A DNA stretch of 64,000 bases from Amoebidium appalachense (GCA_963693365.1 CAVNZM010000003.1:5730009-5794008), one strand, 5' to 3'. Shown: positions 1 through 47,551, counted from the first letter of the stretch. The notes: generated by a model from the letters alone, not told the origin. Program-made: numbers and translations.

Positions 1-32
<32 letters not shown>

Positions 33-116
33 ATATGCTCAGGCACACCCACACCCACCCACTCACCCACCTACCCACCCACCCACCCACCCACACACAC
101 ACACGTACACACTTAC

Positions 117-22583
<22,467 letters not shown>

Positions 22584-23357
22584 GTTTGAAACTTGAGAAT
22601 CATCTCATGTTCGCCCTCTCAGATCTATTCCACCGACTTGCAGGCCTAAACCCTATCGCTTCATTCATAAAAAAGCTCTTAGAAGGCCACAAATTTATCA
22701 AGGTGTTTTCATGTTTACACTGTCACTCTATGATATGAGGTCACGAACGTTACCAACTCGACACATGGAAAAAAGAAAAAACAAAAGCTCCACCTCGTGT
22801 CACGACCGCGGCGCAGTTAGTGGTACATTTTTAGCCAATCGGATGCATGGTACTGTTCAAGCCAATAGTTGCTTTTTAAACTTAGCTTTATTTGGTTATA
22901 GCCAGGGTGTGAAAATATAGGTATCGGACTCTCGGCCAACGGACGATTATGAGGAGAATGGACCGTTATTTCAGTTGAAGAAACGCAACAAACCAATTCC
23001 AAAGTTTTTGGCACACGTTCAATTTCATGCTTGCCTAGATTCTTCATTAGTATAGAAATGTACATAGATAACAGTATGATTAAGACAACTATAAATAGGC
23101 ATACGAGACAAGCAGCCCGTGCTGGGGCCCAGTCTTGGTGCCACAAAAACTTTGAAACAATCCCCAAACTATTACTCTTACCCGTTCCACCAGCTTTACA
23201 GAGCTTTACACAAAGCATATCTACTTTCCCAAAAACTAATGTTCACTCGATGAGAAAATACGAAGACATTTACAAAAATCGATGCATACACAACGCAGTA
23301 TTTTTGAAGTTTACGTTTCCAAAGAGCCCAAATCCACATCAAAAACACACTCAGAGT

Positions 23358-23657
23358 CTATAAACTGGTCGAAATTGTGATGCCAAGAGCTTCGAGTTTT
23401 CTCTCCATACCAGAGGCTGTATTCAGTGTATGCACATACACCCCCTGCCCCTTGACATATGTAAGCAGCCCACCTCCTCCTTCAAAGCGCGCTACCACAA
23501 CAGTATCTCGTTGTGGGTTGGGTGTGCATGTTTGAGTCACTGCCTCGATTCCAACTTCTTTCAGAAGAGCATCTGGCGAAGTCAGTCTTGCTTTTTGGTC
23601 ACTTGTGACGTACCGACCAGGGCAGCCTTTGATCTCCTGCACATAATCGTTCAGTAC
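23358..23657 (-). CDS. Last exon of a small uncharacterised protein (upstream exon probably ~23795-23825, phase unresolved)
   Basis: TTTCCAG acceptor, then a non-repetitive ORF VLNDYVQEIKGCPGRYV...RDTVVVARFEGGGGLLTYVKGQGVYVHTLNTASGMERKLEALGI..TAG. Confidence 0.7.
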   Translation of the reverse strand, partial: VLNDYVQEIKGCPGRYVTSDQKARLTSPDALLKEVGIEAVTQTCTPNPQRDTVVVARFEGGGGLLTYVKGQGVYVHTLNTASGMERKLEALGITISTSL

Positions 23658-25420
23658 CTGGAAACAGAGTCGGGAAGCTGCCACAGGAAAAAGGTAACAC
23701 GACCCTACATCCATGCACAAACATCAATGAACAACCCCCCTTCCCCCCCCCCCCCCCCCCTCCTCCCCCCCCCCCAACACCCACACACACACGCACCTTC
23801 CCTTAATAGTAATCAGAACCGCCATCGTATCTCAACCACCCTAGGTGCCTTATCCTTTATCCCTTAATCCGTGAAAACTGTTGCCTTTGCCGACCTGTGC
23901 ACTAAGATTTGGGCACTTTCTAAGGCCCAGACCTTGTGGGTGTTTTGACATGTTGTGACAGAAAGAGCACGCTTCGCAGAACGATATGAAGTTTTACACC
24001 CGGCTCAACGCACTCAAACAAACCATGCGCACCCACAGGACGTGCGCGCACACACAGACATACACATACACAAAAACATGCGCACGCGTGCAAGCGCAAA
24101 ATACACACTCAATCATGCCCGAAAGGCACTTACATGCACAAAGGGCTGCACAGTATTACATCAAACACACAGTCCCATGCACACATGACCCGAAGTCCAG
24201 TTTGTAAAGTGGTGAAACGTGTAACACAAGTAGGCACATGTCTACTGCCAACCCCAACACCCGTGTTTAGATTTGCCTTCATGAGAGTGTGCCCAAGAAC
24301 AGCAGTGGTTCCCATAGTGCTACATGGAAGGACAGACACGAAGAGACAGGCATTAACCTGGAGATGCAGGCAAAGAGAGAGAGAGAAAGAGAAGGGGGGG
24401 GGGGAGGGGGAGTGTGTGCGTATGTGTGTGTGTGTGTGTGTGTGTCAGGGGGGGGGGGGGGGGGGGAGCGAGAGGAGAGAGAGAGAGCGTTCATACACAC
24501 ATAAGACTCACTGCCGCACGCAGAATTGGATCGTTTCACACAGACAGGGTGCTTCCAGAGTACGGCTGCTAGAGCAGCCCCTTCACACATCAACAAACAA
24601 CAACTCGAAAACCCCTACCCTATTAAAATATTCTGCATGCATGCCACACTTTGTGTGCATATGAGACAACTCCACACGTGTAAGTTACCAGACTTTCAAC
24701 AATCACGTTGACGATACAGTGGCTCCCAGTTTTGTTAATCATGGTCTCATATTCTTTATTCATACAACATTATAGTGACATTTTCTTTATTTATAGCATC
24801 ATCACAACTGTTGGGGACACCCACCCTCCAAGGCAGGTGGTCCCAAAGCAGTTGCAGAGGCACTCCGCCCGCCCGAGCGTACTTCCCATCACCTATAAAC
24901 GCAGTTGACATCTTGTCGTTTTTTTAGAACGGGTAACGCGCTCAAAATCGCCGCACTAATACACCCCAAACTGCTATACTGTTTGACGCCACACCAACCC
25001 TTTCTCCTTTCCCCTCCGGCAGGATCTTTCTCTCGCTTCTCAAGCCTTCTCTTTTCTCTGGCTCCGCCTGTTGCATATGCACGGCCCTTGGCCTGCTCTC
25101 CTCTTTTTCACGTTACCCAGCCGCTGCCCCTTCGTAGTTTTTCTCCCTACAGCCCTCCTCCTCCCGTCCAGCAAACTATTCCTATCCCTTGTATAATGCA
25201 TATGTGTGGACGTGAATCCCGGCCTCTTTGCGTGAAGGAGTTCCTAATCTAACACTCTCCCACCACCTTCTTCGAACAAATACTCTATGTTTCGCTCTCG
25301 TACTTCTTCTTTCGTTTCTCTAGTCCTCAAAAGTCTTCACTTCTTCGGAATTCACTGTGCTTTTCCTTCTCTCTCGTAGAGCCAATCCACTGCACTTCAG
25401 CCTTTGCTACCACAGCCTCC

Positions 25421-25509
<89 letters not shown>

Positions 25510-25681
25510 GTGTAGTCGCGGAGTGTATCTTTCTGGTGTACTTGCGGAGTGTATCTTTCTCCCTCCTCCCCCGCTCTCACACAAACTCTCTCTCGCACTG
25601 TGTGTGTGTGTGTGTGTACGTATGTGTGTGTGCGCGTGTGTATGTGTGTGTGTGTGTGTGTATCTTAAAATCTCTCTCTGC

Positions 25682-25725
<44 letters not shown>

Positions 25726-25750
25726 CTCTCTTTCTCTCTCTCTCTCTCTT

Positions 25751-25808
<58 letters not shown>

Positions 25809-26184
25809 ATGTCCGTTGATCATGTGCTCAGTTGTGGCGCGCGCGCGCGTAACGGAGTGGTGTCGGTTGCGATTGGCGCGATCCGAGGAACCGTCCACAT
25901 GCCTGGGGTGTGTGATCACGACCGAGATTGCAAATATCGGTGATTTTCATTTCGAACTTCTCTCTGCCTCATGTAGACGCCTTCTTGAGTGGGAGAAGTA
26001 GAAGCAATATCTCACCGTTTCTATGTACAAAAATATTTAAATATATGTTGCCGCTACATAAATTTGCAATGAAAAGCTGCTAATTCTTACCATATATTAT
26101 AATTTTTGAAGTTTAACAACTTAGTAATAATCGGAAACTTCTTCCGAGAATCGACAAATTCTCCGTTTTCTGTGGGGTTTGGTC

Positions 26185-26231
26185 TGACGTCACGCATGAG
26201 CCCCACATTGGGAATGCAACCGTTGGCCAAT
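26185..26231 (+). promoter_or_regulatory. Possible promoter elements (TGACGTCA CRE-like site and CCAAT) upstream of the USP gene
   Basis: TGACGTCA at 26185-26192 and CCAAT near 26227, in microsatellite-free DNA between divergently oriented genes. Short motifs, so weak evidence. Confidence 0.25.
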
Positions 26232-27823
26232 CGCCTGCGACCACTCATTTTTGTCAAATTTGCCCCCTCAGACCGTGTACACAGGACAGTTTATATTTTG
26301 CAACCCTTTCTCGGTTTTTTCTTGTGTTTTTTTTTCCCTGTCCTTGGCTCTTGTTTTTGTGTATTTGTCCTATCTTTGCGTTTTTTTTCAACCTTATATG
26401 CTTCTGTTTTAATGTGCACACTCGCCTGTATGTTTTTATCCGTTTTCCTGACGTGCTCTTTTTCCGGCCACGCGTTCGTGCACACGTTACACAACTTCCA
26501 TTTTTTGTGTGTGTATATTCATGGACGTACCGACACTAGGCCTAATTAGGTGTTGTTAACAAGAGTGGGCACGTCAAGGACAAACATCAAGTGAATGGAG
26601 TGTCAATCACGCAAACGCGTCTAAGTAAAGACCCTACCCCTGCACCCTCACCAGTGGTTGCAATTGAAAACGTGATGTTTTCTGCTCACTCCCTCTCCCT
26701 CCCTCCGTATATCATTTTGCAAGCATGAGTGTTTGACGACCTCGCTGGTGTTTGCAAGCTTCTGGTATATATATTTGTTTTGTCATGCTAAATCAATGCA
26801 ATTTTCACTGATTCACTCCTAAAGTCTTTATTTAGCAGAAGTGCATCACTTGGCGCCACTGCAAACGATCATACAAAAGTATTACATCGAGCACAAAACT
26901 TGTGTGCATGTCATAGAATTGCTCACGTACGCGTTAATTCTCGTTTTGAGGTTCATATATGCTATGTATATGCTATGTACTGTCCCTCTTTTTTAGAGGC
27001 TTTTGTTTGACGATATGATTTTTTAGATGGGCTGTGGCCATGCACTGTTTTCGTGCACTCACAGCACGTATCGAATGATGCACGACTCACATTCCCTTTT
27101 CCGAAGTCGTGAGTGTGTATAATATTCATAAACACCTGCTTCATCCTCCTTATTTTGCACCCAACAAAGTCAAGAACTTTTTTCTTTTGGGTGGTGGGGG
27201 GGGGGGGGGGGGGATCATGCAACTATGCTGTACCAGTTCCATGTTATCTTGTGGATGGAAATCCTTCAGCAGGAAATTGAGGGACGGTGGGGGAGGACAT
27301 GGGCATACAAAGTTCACATTAGCATAGGGCCAATCAGTGTTTAGGGATGATGATAGTGAAAGAGAACTATGTTAGCAAAGGAAAGGCATTGATGAGATGC
27401 TCGATGCGCGTTTAGCTTCTTTTCAGCTTTGGAAATTCAAGTCCTTCGCTTTCCCCCCTTCATTTTTCATTTTATTTATTTATTTACTAGTATACTGGTT
27501 TATTCTTTTACTTTTTTATTATTGTTATTGTTGTTAGTATTATTATTTTTGTTGTTGTTGTTATCATCATCACCATTATTATTATTATTATTATTGTGGG
27601 GTGGGGACGGGGTGTACTGACCGTCTGATACCACAGGCAGCCGACTGTGATCTGTTTGGCAAATAGCCGCTACGTTTATTGGCTGGCCATCCGGAACCTG
27701 AAAGGTATGTGGTACTGTTTGCATGGTTGTCTTGTATGCAATAATATGTGGTTTGCGATGTTATGTTCATGGTTGGCATGTATGCAGATATATGGTTAGG
27801 TGATGTTGTGCATATGGCAAGTT

Positions 27824-27883
<60 letters not shown>

Positions 27884-28608
27884 GTGGTATGTTTCATGAT
27901 TTGAGTGTATGCGCACATATGGTGCCATGTTTCATGATTGGCGTGTACGCTGACGTATGGTTTGCGTGTAGGTGGATATCACATTGGGATGCTGCTGTGA
28001 AGGTGAAAATATATCGAGTTGCTTCTGTTTATGCTGTCACAATTTTGTATTTTTTTTTTTAATGTTTGTGTGGAAGCCCGTTTTTTTTTTGTTTTTTTGT
28101 TTTTTTGAGTGTGTGATTTTTTTTTGCCTTAGGTGGGGAGAGAAAAAAAAAAATGAAACGGCCGTCTCTGCTTATTTATATTACCAACAGTTTGAAAATT
28201 AAAGGGTTTAAACTGTGTGTGTGTTTGTGGGGGGGGGGGGGGGGGGGGGGGGGGGGAAGGGGGGCGCTGACGAAGGGAACAGAAAAACGAGTACCTGTGT
28301 GGGGCTAAATTGCAGGGCCGAAACCATGCTTGATTTCAGACTCCTGTATTGCGTTTGAATTCCTCCACGCTAACGGCTCATAAGTCAAACATTAAACATA
28401 CTGAAAAGATAGTGTTGTAGGGCCGGGCCGATGCAAGATTGCTCCCGCGTTGACGACTTACAAATCAACTACATGAATTGAAAAATGTTTAAATTTTAAA
28501 ATTTTCAGGGCTGGACCGATGCAAGGTTTCTTCCCCACGCTCACGGCATATAGTCAACTTCTTAGTTCAAGTATTGATTTCAAAATTATTTTGTTCAGGG
28601 CCGGACCG

Positions 28609-39012
<10,404 letters not shown>

Positions 39013-39263
39013 AAAGTTGGAAAAACGGAAAAATGAGCGGATTGTGGGGAGATTTGGTGGATTGGTGTGCGGTTGTTGTTCGTTTCTCACCTGTCTACGT
39101 TCAGTCAGTTCCCTCTCTTTTTCCTTTTTTTTTTTTTTTTTTTTTTTTTATTTAAAAAAAAAAAAAAAAAAAAGAAGAGAGAGAGAGAAAATCATATTTT
39201 CCTGTTTTGGGTGGGTGGTGGTGTTTTTTTTTTTTTGTTTTTTTGTTTTTGTTTTTTTTTTTT

Positions 39264-39323
<60 letters not shown>

Positions 39324-39661
39324 GCGCGCGTGAAACCTCAGGCTGTTGTGTTGCACACTGGCAGAGAATAGTACTTTTAGGAATATTGTGTGCTATTATG
39401 TGTGTAACTGGATATACAAAGGGGGAAAAGATGAGGTGTGTCTGCCAAATAGGGATGACATGTAATGATGCTCGTTGGTTGATGAAATTTTGGGATGTTC
39501 TTTACGTGATTTAATATTTTTATTTTTTTTCCCTTTTTTTTATGTAGAAAATATTTCGTAATGTTTCGTTGATGTGTGTACTCAAGCTTGCTTTACGTGT
39601 GACTTGAATATGGATTATGCAAGGAAAAACGCGAGGGTGGGGCTAACTTAGACAAGCAACC

Positions 39662-39737
<76 letters not shown>

Positions 39738-40599
39738 CAGTAGAATGCAGAACAAACACCGTAGAAAGGGGCCATTCCAGTAGGAACACTTTTTAGACCG
39801 TGTGCGTAAACATGCAAAATTTCAAGAATTCAAAAAGTGACCCGTTTTAGAGGGGCCAAGATAGAAGAAATTCTGGGATTTTGGTACAGAATAGCACAGA
39901 AAAATCAAAATGTGCTTGAGATATGTGACGGAGTGATGGATATTTTCAATGATTGTGTGATATCCTGAAAGACTTATTTGCACACAAGAAACCATGTACA
40001 CTACATAAAAGTAAATAAAACAGTGAAAGACAATTGTTGGTGCACAGCCTCCATGTCCATGGCAGTACTCTCCATTTCGTGTGCCGCGGTACAGTGCCAC
40101 TGCTTTATAAAAACATGCACGGTCACATTCAGTTGGGGAAGTTTGTGGAATTTAATATTGAAGAGGGAATTTGATGTTTTGTTTATAATTACCTTTTGCA
40201 ATATTTGCTCGCACATTTTATAACGATGTTTGGTCCACTTAAGACGCTGAGGAAAAGCAAATCAATGATATTCCCCAGCATCCTATTGATGTGTTTTTAC
40301 GTTCTCTTAGGCGCTCCTTGTATGGTTCTCTTGGGACGCTAGCGGTTATTGGGCGGCCTTAAGCTTACACTGGCGCATTATAATGATTAATTATGTATTT
40401 CATAACCGTAGTTCTCACGTGATAATAGATTCGACAGGAAGCACTTGGACCGATGTAGCATGTTAATTCAGATTGTCCCAGTTTCTGTTCGGTTGCAGGA
40501 TATTTATTTTATAATGACTTTTAAATTATTGATATGCTCATGAAAGAGAAGCAAGCCGGAGATATCACAGATATCTCAGAGAAGAAAATACAAAAACCC

Positions 40600-43500
40600 C
40601 TACTCACGGATACGGAGGAGATAACGACTCAAATAATCATACCCCCTAGAAAACTCGTTAAACATACGGTGGTTTAACAGATAGTCAACAGAAGTAATAT
40701 CAGGATTATCTAAATAAGCTAGTCTTCGAATTTCTAAAGGAAGAATCTGAGATAAATAAATACACTTATCTAGATGTTTGCGAGAAAAAGGTTCTGCACA
40801 AAAGTGACACAAACATTAATGGAAACTAAGGTTATAATGCCAAAATAAACATTTCCAAGCAATATCACAAGAAGGGGTTAGAATGGCAAAATCGTCGAGG
40901 GTGGTAGGTTTACGAGAGGAAGGATGAATATAAGTAGCTAATTTACATAACGATTGTAGAGAAAATAGACGAGTCCCTAATATAAAAAGAAGCACTGGCT
41001 CAAGAGTCCTACCATGATACTCTTTATCACAACGATAAAGCATAGGATATTGAGTATGAAACCAAGTAACCGGCATACTGCTGATAAATAGGGGAAGAGA
41101 AAAATTTAAAGGAGACAAATATTTAAAAGGATATCTCTGAATGGGATATACTGAGATTGGGTACAGGACATTTCGCACGAACATTAGAAATGGGAACAGG
41201 GTCTAAAGAAGGAAAGAATTGCAACAAAGGATGATAAGAAGGAAGCCTAACCAAATGAAAACAAAAGCGAAGGCCTAACTCATTCATACGCTGACTCGCC
41301 GGAGGGAGACCAAAAACACTCCGCAAAGGACTCGGAGCCGCCAGAGGATGCCTACGCAAGATCCGAGAGATGAACTGGATGAATTCACGCTGAAAGGAAT
41401 CGAATTCCCGAAGCGCCGCGCGCTGTTGCCGTGGAGGGCCGGGACACACAAGAGTAACGGGAGGCCATATTCGAAACATGGACCAAGAAAAACTTTATAC
41501 TTTGTAAAGAGTGAGCAGATTAGCAGGCGGACACTAGAAATACTTGCGGAAATGCCTTGATAGATGTGTAAACGACCACACGCATTTCCCAAAAGGCGCT
41601 CAAAGCAAATACCCTTAGAGGTGAAAGGAGTACCTAAATAGTCATAGGAGGACACAACTGGGATAGGTTGATTGTTCAAAGTGTAGTGTGCATGGGGAGA
41701 AAAGGTGCCGCATTTATCTATCCCAATTTTCATGAAATTTTCGGAAACACCAATCATTTACTCGAGAAAGCATGTTAGTCATAATAGAAGGATCATGAGT
41801 GACTAAAACAATATCATCAGCGAAAAAAAAGGCCGGAAACACAAGTCGCCTGCAACGGGAAAATGTTGAATTTATACCGCTAAGTCGTCAATAAAGACAT
41901 CAAAAGGGAGGGGACTCAAAAGTGAGCCCTGTAAAAGGCCTCATGTACGACTGAATCTGTTACTCCGAGTCAGTACCCCATTCAACGGCAGTCCCATGGG
42001 TGCGGTCAAATAACGCCTGAAGTAGTCAACCAAAGGGAGGTGGGAGCCCTCGAGTCGCCAACTTATGCCAAAGCAAATTCGTCGGAACCGTGTCGTAGGC
42101 ATTCTTAAGGTCGATGAAGCAAACCTCGCGACCTCCCGAACGGATAGTGTCGTGTAAAAGAAGAGCATGAGTATAGCACGAATAAGCATGCCGAAACCCG
42201 CCCTGAATGTTGCTGAATCGAAATACATTGGATAAGCCTTAGGTCGATCATGCTTGTGGAATATGCAGGATCCGAATAGGCGACGGAATATCATGTTGGT
42301 TAAGGTGACCGGCCGAAAAGAAGAAATCGGACCAGTAGAGACCTTCTTGCGGACTGGATTAACAAGAGTGTCCGAGTCATTCCACTGACGAAGGAATGAA
42401 GCCCAACTCATAAAAGGTGGAGAAGAACTCGCTCACCAAGTATGCACTGTATGCAAACGGCGGAGGAGGAGGCGTATTCCCGCCTTTGGTAATAACGGGC
42501 GGAGGGCACAATGCCTTAAGAAGGGCGGGTGGAAGAGCATCCGGACCACATGCCTTTTTGGGTTTTAGGGCAGAAATAGCACGTTGAACGTGCGCAGCAT
42601 TAAAATAGCTTTAGCCTGGAAATGAAGAATCAATCGGCCACTAGGAGGGTGGTGTGGAGAGTTAAGAATATGAAGGAGCAGAGTTACGTGGAATAATTCG
42701 GAATAAAGTCATCGGTGGAAGTGATGGTGTCGGGTTTATCAGGACTACATGTAATAGTGACGGAAGGGCCAAAACGGCCTAGACTCTTGAGAGTAGAAAT
42801 ACAAGAATCATGGGAAAGGGTTTGGCCTAAGTGGACTAAGGTGAGAGATGGTTGTAACCGAGCATACCGATGGATATTCAACACTACCGACCACACTATC
42901 ACCTAATTCACCTAATAGAAAATCAACAAGAAGAGAATAACATACCTCAAGGAGAGACGGGCCCCTCCGCTGTCGAGCATCCTGCACGGCCTGCAGGAGG
43001 GTGTCACTGAGGTGAATCTCCTTATAGGCATTTTGAATACTAAGCCGATTGAGTTCACTCTTGAATTTGCGAGCAATAAGGCGTTTAGTTACACGAACAG
43101 TGTGTGGAGAAACAGGAGTGGAAATTTGAATGACAATAGGCTTGAATGTGGTCGGACGCAGTAGATAGCGCAACATCGGATAGTGGGAGAAAAACGAACG
43201 AATGACGCCTAAATGAAAGCACATCAGTCCGTACGATGAGTAGCCTCAATTTGTGGAAGGCGAAAGTAGCATGACATTGCATTTCGGAACTGCTGAATGG
43301 TGCGAGCACGGCTATTGTAGGGACGAAACCCGGTGAGTGGGAAGGTACCGGTGGAGTGAACTTGGGAAATCGGTGCAATAGAACAATTGAAGTCACCGAT
43401 GATTGCATGTGAACGGGGAAGTGACCGTAACTTGAAGATGTGATCAACCTCCGTGAATACCCGATGCTGACAAACAATGGAAACAATGGAAACTTGGTAC

Positions 43501-43760
43501 TCCCCGGAATTGAACAATCTGCAATCAGATGCTACAGCTGGATTGGCTAATACGGCTACACCCATTGGGTGAATAAACTGACGTACAAATCAGACAATTG
43601 GATTGCTGAAGCTGATGGTGATTGTAAAACCATGTTTCAACTAACCGAACAAAGGTGTAAGAGTGGGTCTGATGAAGAATATGGTGTAACTGTTTATGTT
43701 GTAATCCCCGCACATTCCAATTTAATAGACTGATATAGGCTTCACTGAGACTCAGCCGGA
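40600..43760 (-). pseudogene. LINE ORF2 (AP endonuclease plus reverse transcriptase), frameshifted
   Basis: Fragmented ORFs 43525-43875, 43224-43565, 41941-42411, 41284-41757, 41123-41479 and 40600-40812; the RT and C-terminal parts are collinear with the second copy at 48211-50624. Confidence 0.88.
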
Positions 43761-43878
43761 AGTTTGTCCAATCAACGTTTGTAGAAGTCAAGAACCCCGC
43801 GAGAACGCGCAGCATGATCCGTGTTATGGAACTGCTCCAAAATAAACGATCATAGCACCAGGACAGTGTGCCCACAAG

Positions 43879-44647
43879 TGTATGATCATGCTATATTATG
43901 TAAACACGTGTGATTATCATGTGCAGATCACGAAGTGTCACTCTTGACATGTGACACTCGCGTCCACACGGCGGACGCACCCATATCATGTTTTGGCACG
44001 CGCAGTTCAATGATCTGCGTGCGGCGGTATCACGTGTCACCCGCCGACAGGCGACTGCGCACGTCACTATATTGTGAATCGAATGTACATCAAGAGATTG
44101 AGGTAGACGGGCTCCGTGATCATTGATTGGACTAGCAATTTAGCTGTCCAGATCAGGCTCGGGTAAGTGAGTAACGGTTGGCTGAGATCCCCAACAATTG
44201 TTGTCACACAATTTGTGGGAGATCCGAAGGTATAAAACAGCACACGCAAGCAAGACCAGTGGACCGGTTCATCACCACTTCTTCAAGACAAGTACTTCTA
44301 CAGATCAAAGTGTGCTGTGCCGCCGTTACTAAGGTTGACACCTATACCGGTGCTTCATCAACCCGCTCTACCATACAACACCTGTTGTTTTCCTTCTCTC
44401 TAGATCTACCCTTTATTTCTAGCACCGCCGGCTACGGCTGCGCTCTACCCCTCTGGCCGCTTATGCTAGGGGTCCTTTTGGCTGCAGGCTGCCTAGCTCG
44501 CCACACGTGTGCTTGGTGCCCCGACCCTACTAGTAGACTGGTTGGAGCAGCCACCGACGACGGTGCCCTGAGTCTAAACACCTCTGGCTAGTACCTATGC
44601 ACACCGTTTACACACACCACACCACGAACCACCACATATATACATCA
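43879..44647. mobile_element. Putative solo-LTR-like insertion between LINE ORF1 and ORF2
   Basis: TG...CA ends, a TATAAAA near 44231, no resemblance to LINE coding sequence. The flanks (ACAAG / TTGAG) do not form a TSD. Confidence 0.4.
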
Positions 44648-44699
44648 TTGAGTTCAGTGGTCTTTGAGTTGGTTGGGGCCCTGGACAGCGGCTAACACA

Positions 44700-45413
44700 T
44701 CACTGTGAATTGGTGTGAAGGCTTGCCTCCCAACGAAAGTCTACTACTTCATTCTTTGATACTGCACGAACACACACGTACACGCGACGCGTGGCTTTAC
44801 GCACTTGACTAGGCTCCGCTGAGAATCCTTTTACATCCCTCTTTTGGGCAATACCTTAACAATCCGGCCGACCCCCCTTCTCTGCTTCAGCACAAGCATG
44901 CTGAAAATACTCCATCTGCTTGCACAGACGCAGACGCAAGATAGCAGTTGGCTTGGTCTTGTCGTCCAACAGTTCCTTCTTCTTGATGTTCCCTTCTGCA
45001 TCGGGTTGTAAGTCCTTGGGGTCGAGCACCTCAAGGGTGCAACGGTGGAGGTGATCAGTGAGGGCCGCGGCATACCCGGGAGCTCAAGAATCTGACCACC
45101 AATGAACGAGTAGGAATGGACAAGACCGTCTCGTGCGCACTTGGAGGGCCCGGAAGTCAGCCTTGATCATTCACGGATGTAACGACGGAAAAGACGGACA
45201 TACACCGCGGTGAGGTCAGAGGGGGATTGGCTCAGGCTGGAGGTCGCGCCCGCCGTGGTAGGTTGGACTGTTGGAATACGTCACTACGTAGGACAGCAAG
45301 AGTCTTGAAGTATGTATGTGTCTTAGCTTTGTTTGTATTCGTGTTTGTATTCCTTCTTTGTGCTCTCCCTCCCCTCTCTCCCCTTTTCTCTTTTCTCTCT
45401 CTCTCTCTCTCTC

Positions 45414-45445
<32 letters not shown>

Positions 45446-46959
45446 TATCTGTCTCCCACTTGTTTCTGTGTGCACAGATATCTGTAGATCTGTGCACACC
45501 TGGCTCTCTTGCCTGATAGAACTTATTGTATCATTTTATCTGTGTTTGCTCTCCTCTGTTTATCTGAGAAGTAGCGTGATTGGCTAGCTATATTCGTTGT
45601 CTTTGTTTTAGTTCAAAGAGGTTTAGTTTTAGTAACTGTTCACAATAAGATGACTCAACAATAGTCGCGAGTGAGTACATCTATAGATCGTGTTGTGCAT
45701 GGCATTCCTGTCTATTAATATACGTGTTATGATTGGACACAATACTGTAGATATGTATGGAATTCGGTTTATCGTAATGTGTCTTCACTTCGAGAGTGTC
45801 GACTATTAGGAAATATCTGTATTTAAATGAGTTTCTTTATAGAGACGAGTATAAATATATATGTGTATTAATAGTGACAAGATGTATAATTACTTAAGTA
45901 ACTGTTATTTAAGTAAGAGTTTCTAAGCTTCAGTTATGTCGGAAGTTGGAATTGCGTATGGTCTGTTGGAATGTGTTTTTCTATCATCTGATAGAACCGA
46001 TTGGTTCTCCTCTTTTAGATGAGATAAGATGATAAGTTGCAAGTACAAAAAGACCCGAGAGCACAATAAAAGGCCAGTTGTTGTTTGAAATCTTTCAAGT
46101 GTCGTGAACAACTCCGATTGCCCTCTCTTTATTGTGTTGGTCGTGTTTTACATGACACCCAGTCTGTGCACTCTGCTCCCTTAGACTCGTATAAAACAAC
46201 ATGGACTGGCTGCTTGGGCGGACGAGCCTTGAGTCGTTGAGCTGCATTGAATCACAAAATCATCAACAAGGTGCACGTTTTGACCGATGCTGCGGATGGA
46301 GCGAGCCACAGAGCGAAGCTCATCGGGGCCTTGAGCAACAGCGGCTGCATAAGAACGCGGCTGGGGCTCACGCACCGGCTGAGAAGCCCGTGCGTGAGTG
46401 GTACCACCGGCCCAGGCAGTAGCATCGCCAACAGCGTCACGGAGAGCAGGGAAAACAGCGGGAATCTGAACAGGAGCCTCGCAGGCTCAACACGGACGGG
46501 TTCGGATGCTGCTTGAGGAATAGGCCGAGACGAGTCACTGGCAGGGAGCCGAGAAGAGGACAGCATGGCTTCAAGGCGAGAAATCTGCCCGGACAGTCGC
46601 GAGACTGTCTCAGTGTCACCGAGAGCCTTGTTTGCTTGAGTAAGAGACTGAAGTTGCTCGTGAAGACGTCGGTTTTCCTCGCGCAAATCATCTTCAGTAG
46701 CAGAGGAAATGCGGGGATTCTTGGAGTGGGTCTCTCCAGCAGACTCATCATCCGAAGAGGCTGAGTGCTTCTGAGCTCCACGAGCTGTAGCGGAGTCTTG
46801 AGAGTCCACCTGTATGGGGGTGGAGTTCACAATGGGATCTTTGGGATCTTCCGCGGCCAGACTCTGGGAGTACCGGTTGGTGGCTTCAGCCCCGGCTCCC
46901 CGAGAGCGACTGCGGAGCGTCTTGCTCATGTTGGTGTGTGTGGTGCCACTTGTTTTCAC
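44700..46959 (-). pseudogene. LINE ORF1 (gag-like), interrupted by a solo LTR
   Basis: 46252-46959 ORF (coiled coil EDDLREENRRLHEQLQSL), then RSYAAAVAQG; resumes left of 45268 with LTAVYVRLFRRYIRE..YSFIGGQILEL..LEVLDPKDLQPD. Confidence 0.7.
45269..46201. mobile_element. Solo LTR (933 bp) with 5-bp target-site duplication
   Basis: TGTTG...CAACA termini; TSD TGGAC at 45264-45268 and 46202-46206. Confidence 0.9.
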
Positions 46960-47387
46960 AAAAAAATGAAGTGAGTGTGATACTTGAAAGTACTACCGTA
47001 CACAAGATTCAGATTCGCGAAAGTTCAAGTGATGTGATCAACAACTTGTCAGAGTCGAAACTCAGGATATTTACCCGCCATCCCAATATCACTACTTTAG
47101 CTATAGACTATTTGTTGAATAGTAAACGGTATGACATTTTCTGTGCAATTTACTCTTGCATGGCTAATAATTTGACAATTGTTGACCCCTGTAGCTAAGC
47201 TCACACATGTAGCTTTAGTAGTCTAGATCTTATGGTAGCCTTATTCTCGTTTTTGGTATATCTCGTTGGATATCCGGTGAAGCTATTTCAGCGACTATCT
47301 CGTTGTGTCTATGGCAACTGTACTATGTATATCCATTCTTAGCCCTGTCTGATGCCCCGATCGAAAAAAATCCATTATAAAAAAAAA

Positions 47388-47520
47388 GCTTTCCTGTGTC
47401 GTTGAAACTAAACAACAAGGGTGTACATGTGGGTTTGACTTGAAGGGGAGCCGGAGCCCACGGTGAGTGCCACTGGGTGGGTAGGGGTACCGGTGGGGAT
47501 GGGTTGTTGTCCAAACAGCC

Positions 47521-47551
<31 letters not shown>

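Larger units (their letters stand above)
40500..47000 (-). mobile_element. Degenerate full-length non-LTR retrotransposon (LINE: ORF1 plus APE-RT ORF2) with nested LTR-type insertions
   Basis: ORF1 remnants with a coiled coil and RSYAAAVA; APE motifs LNWNVRGL, LVETW, IIGDFN; RT fragments FRPVTLTN, FADD; C-terminal CHFC..H..C; A-rich 3' end near 40500. Many frameshifts. Ends approximate. Confidence 0.85.

Noticed and set aside
24808-25400. Possible further solo LTR starting TGTTGGGG
   Set aside because: No matching CA end with a TSD could be found.
27637-27704. Upstream coding exon of the USP gene
   Set aside because: It has good splice signals, but its only open frame is out of phase with the ATG at 28609, so it is at most a 5' UTR exon.
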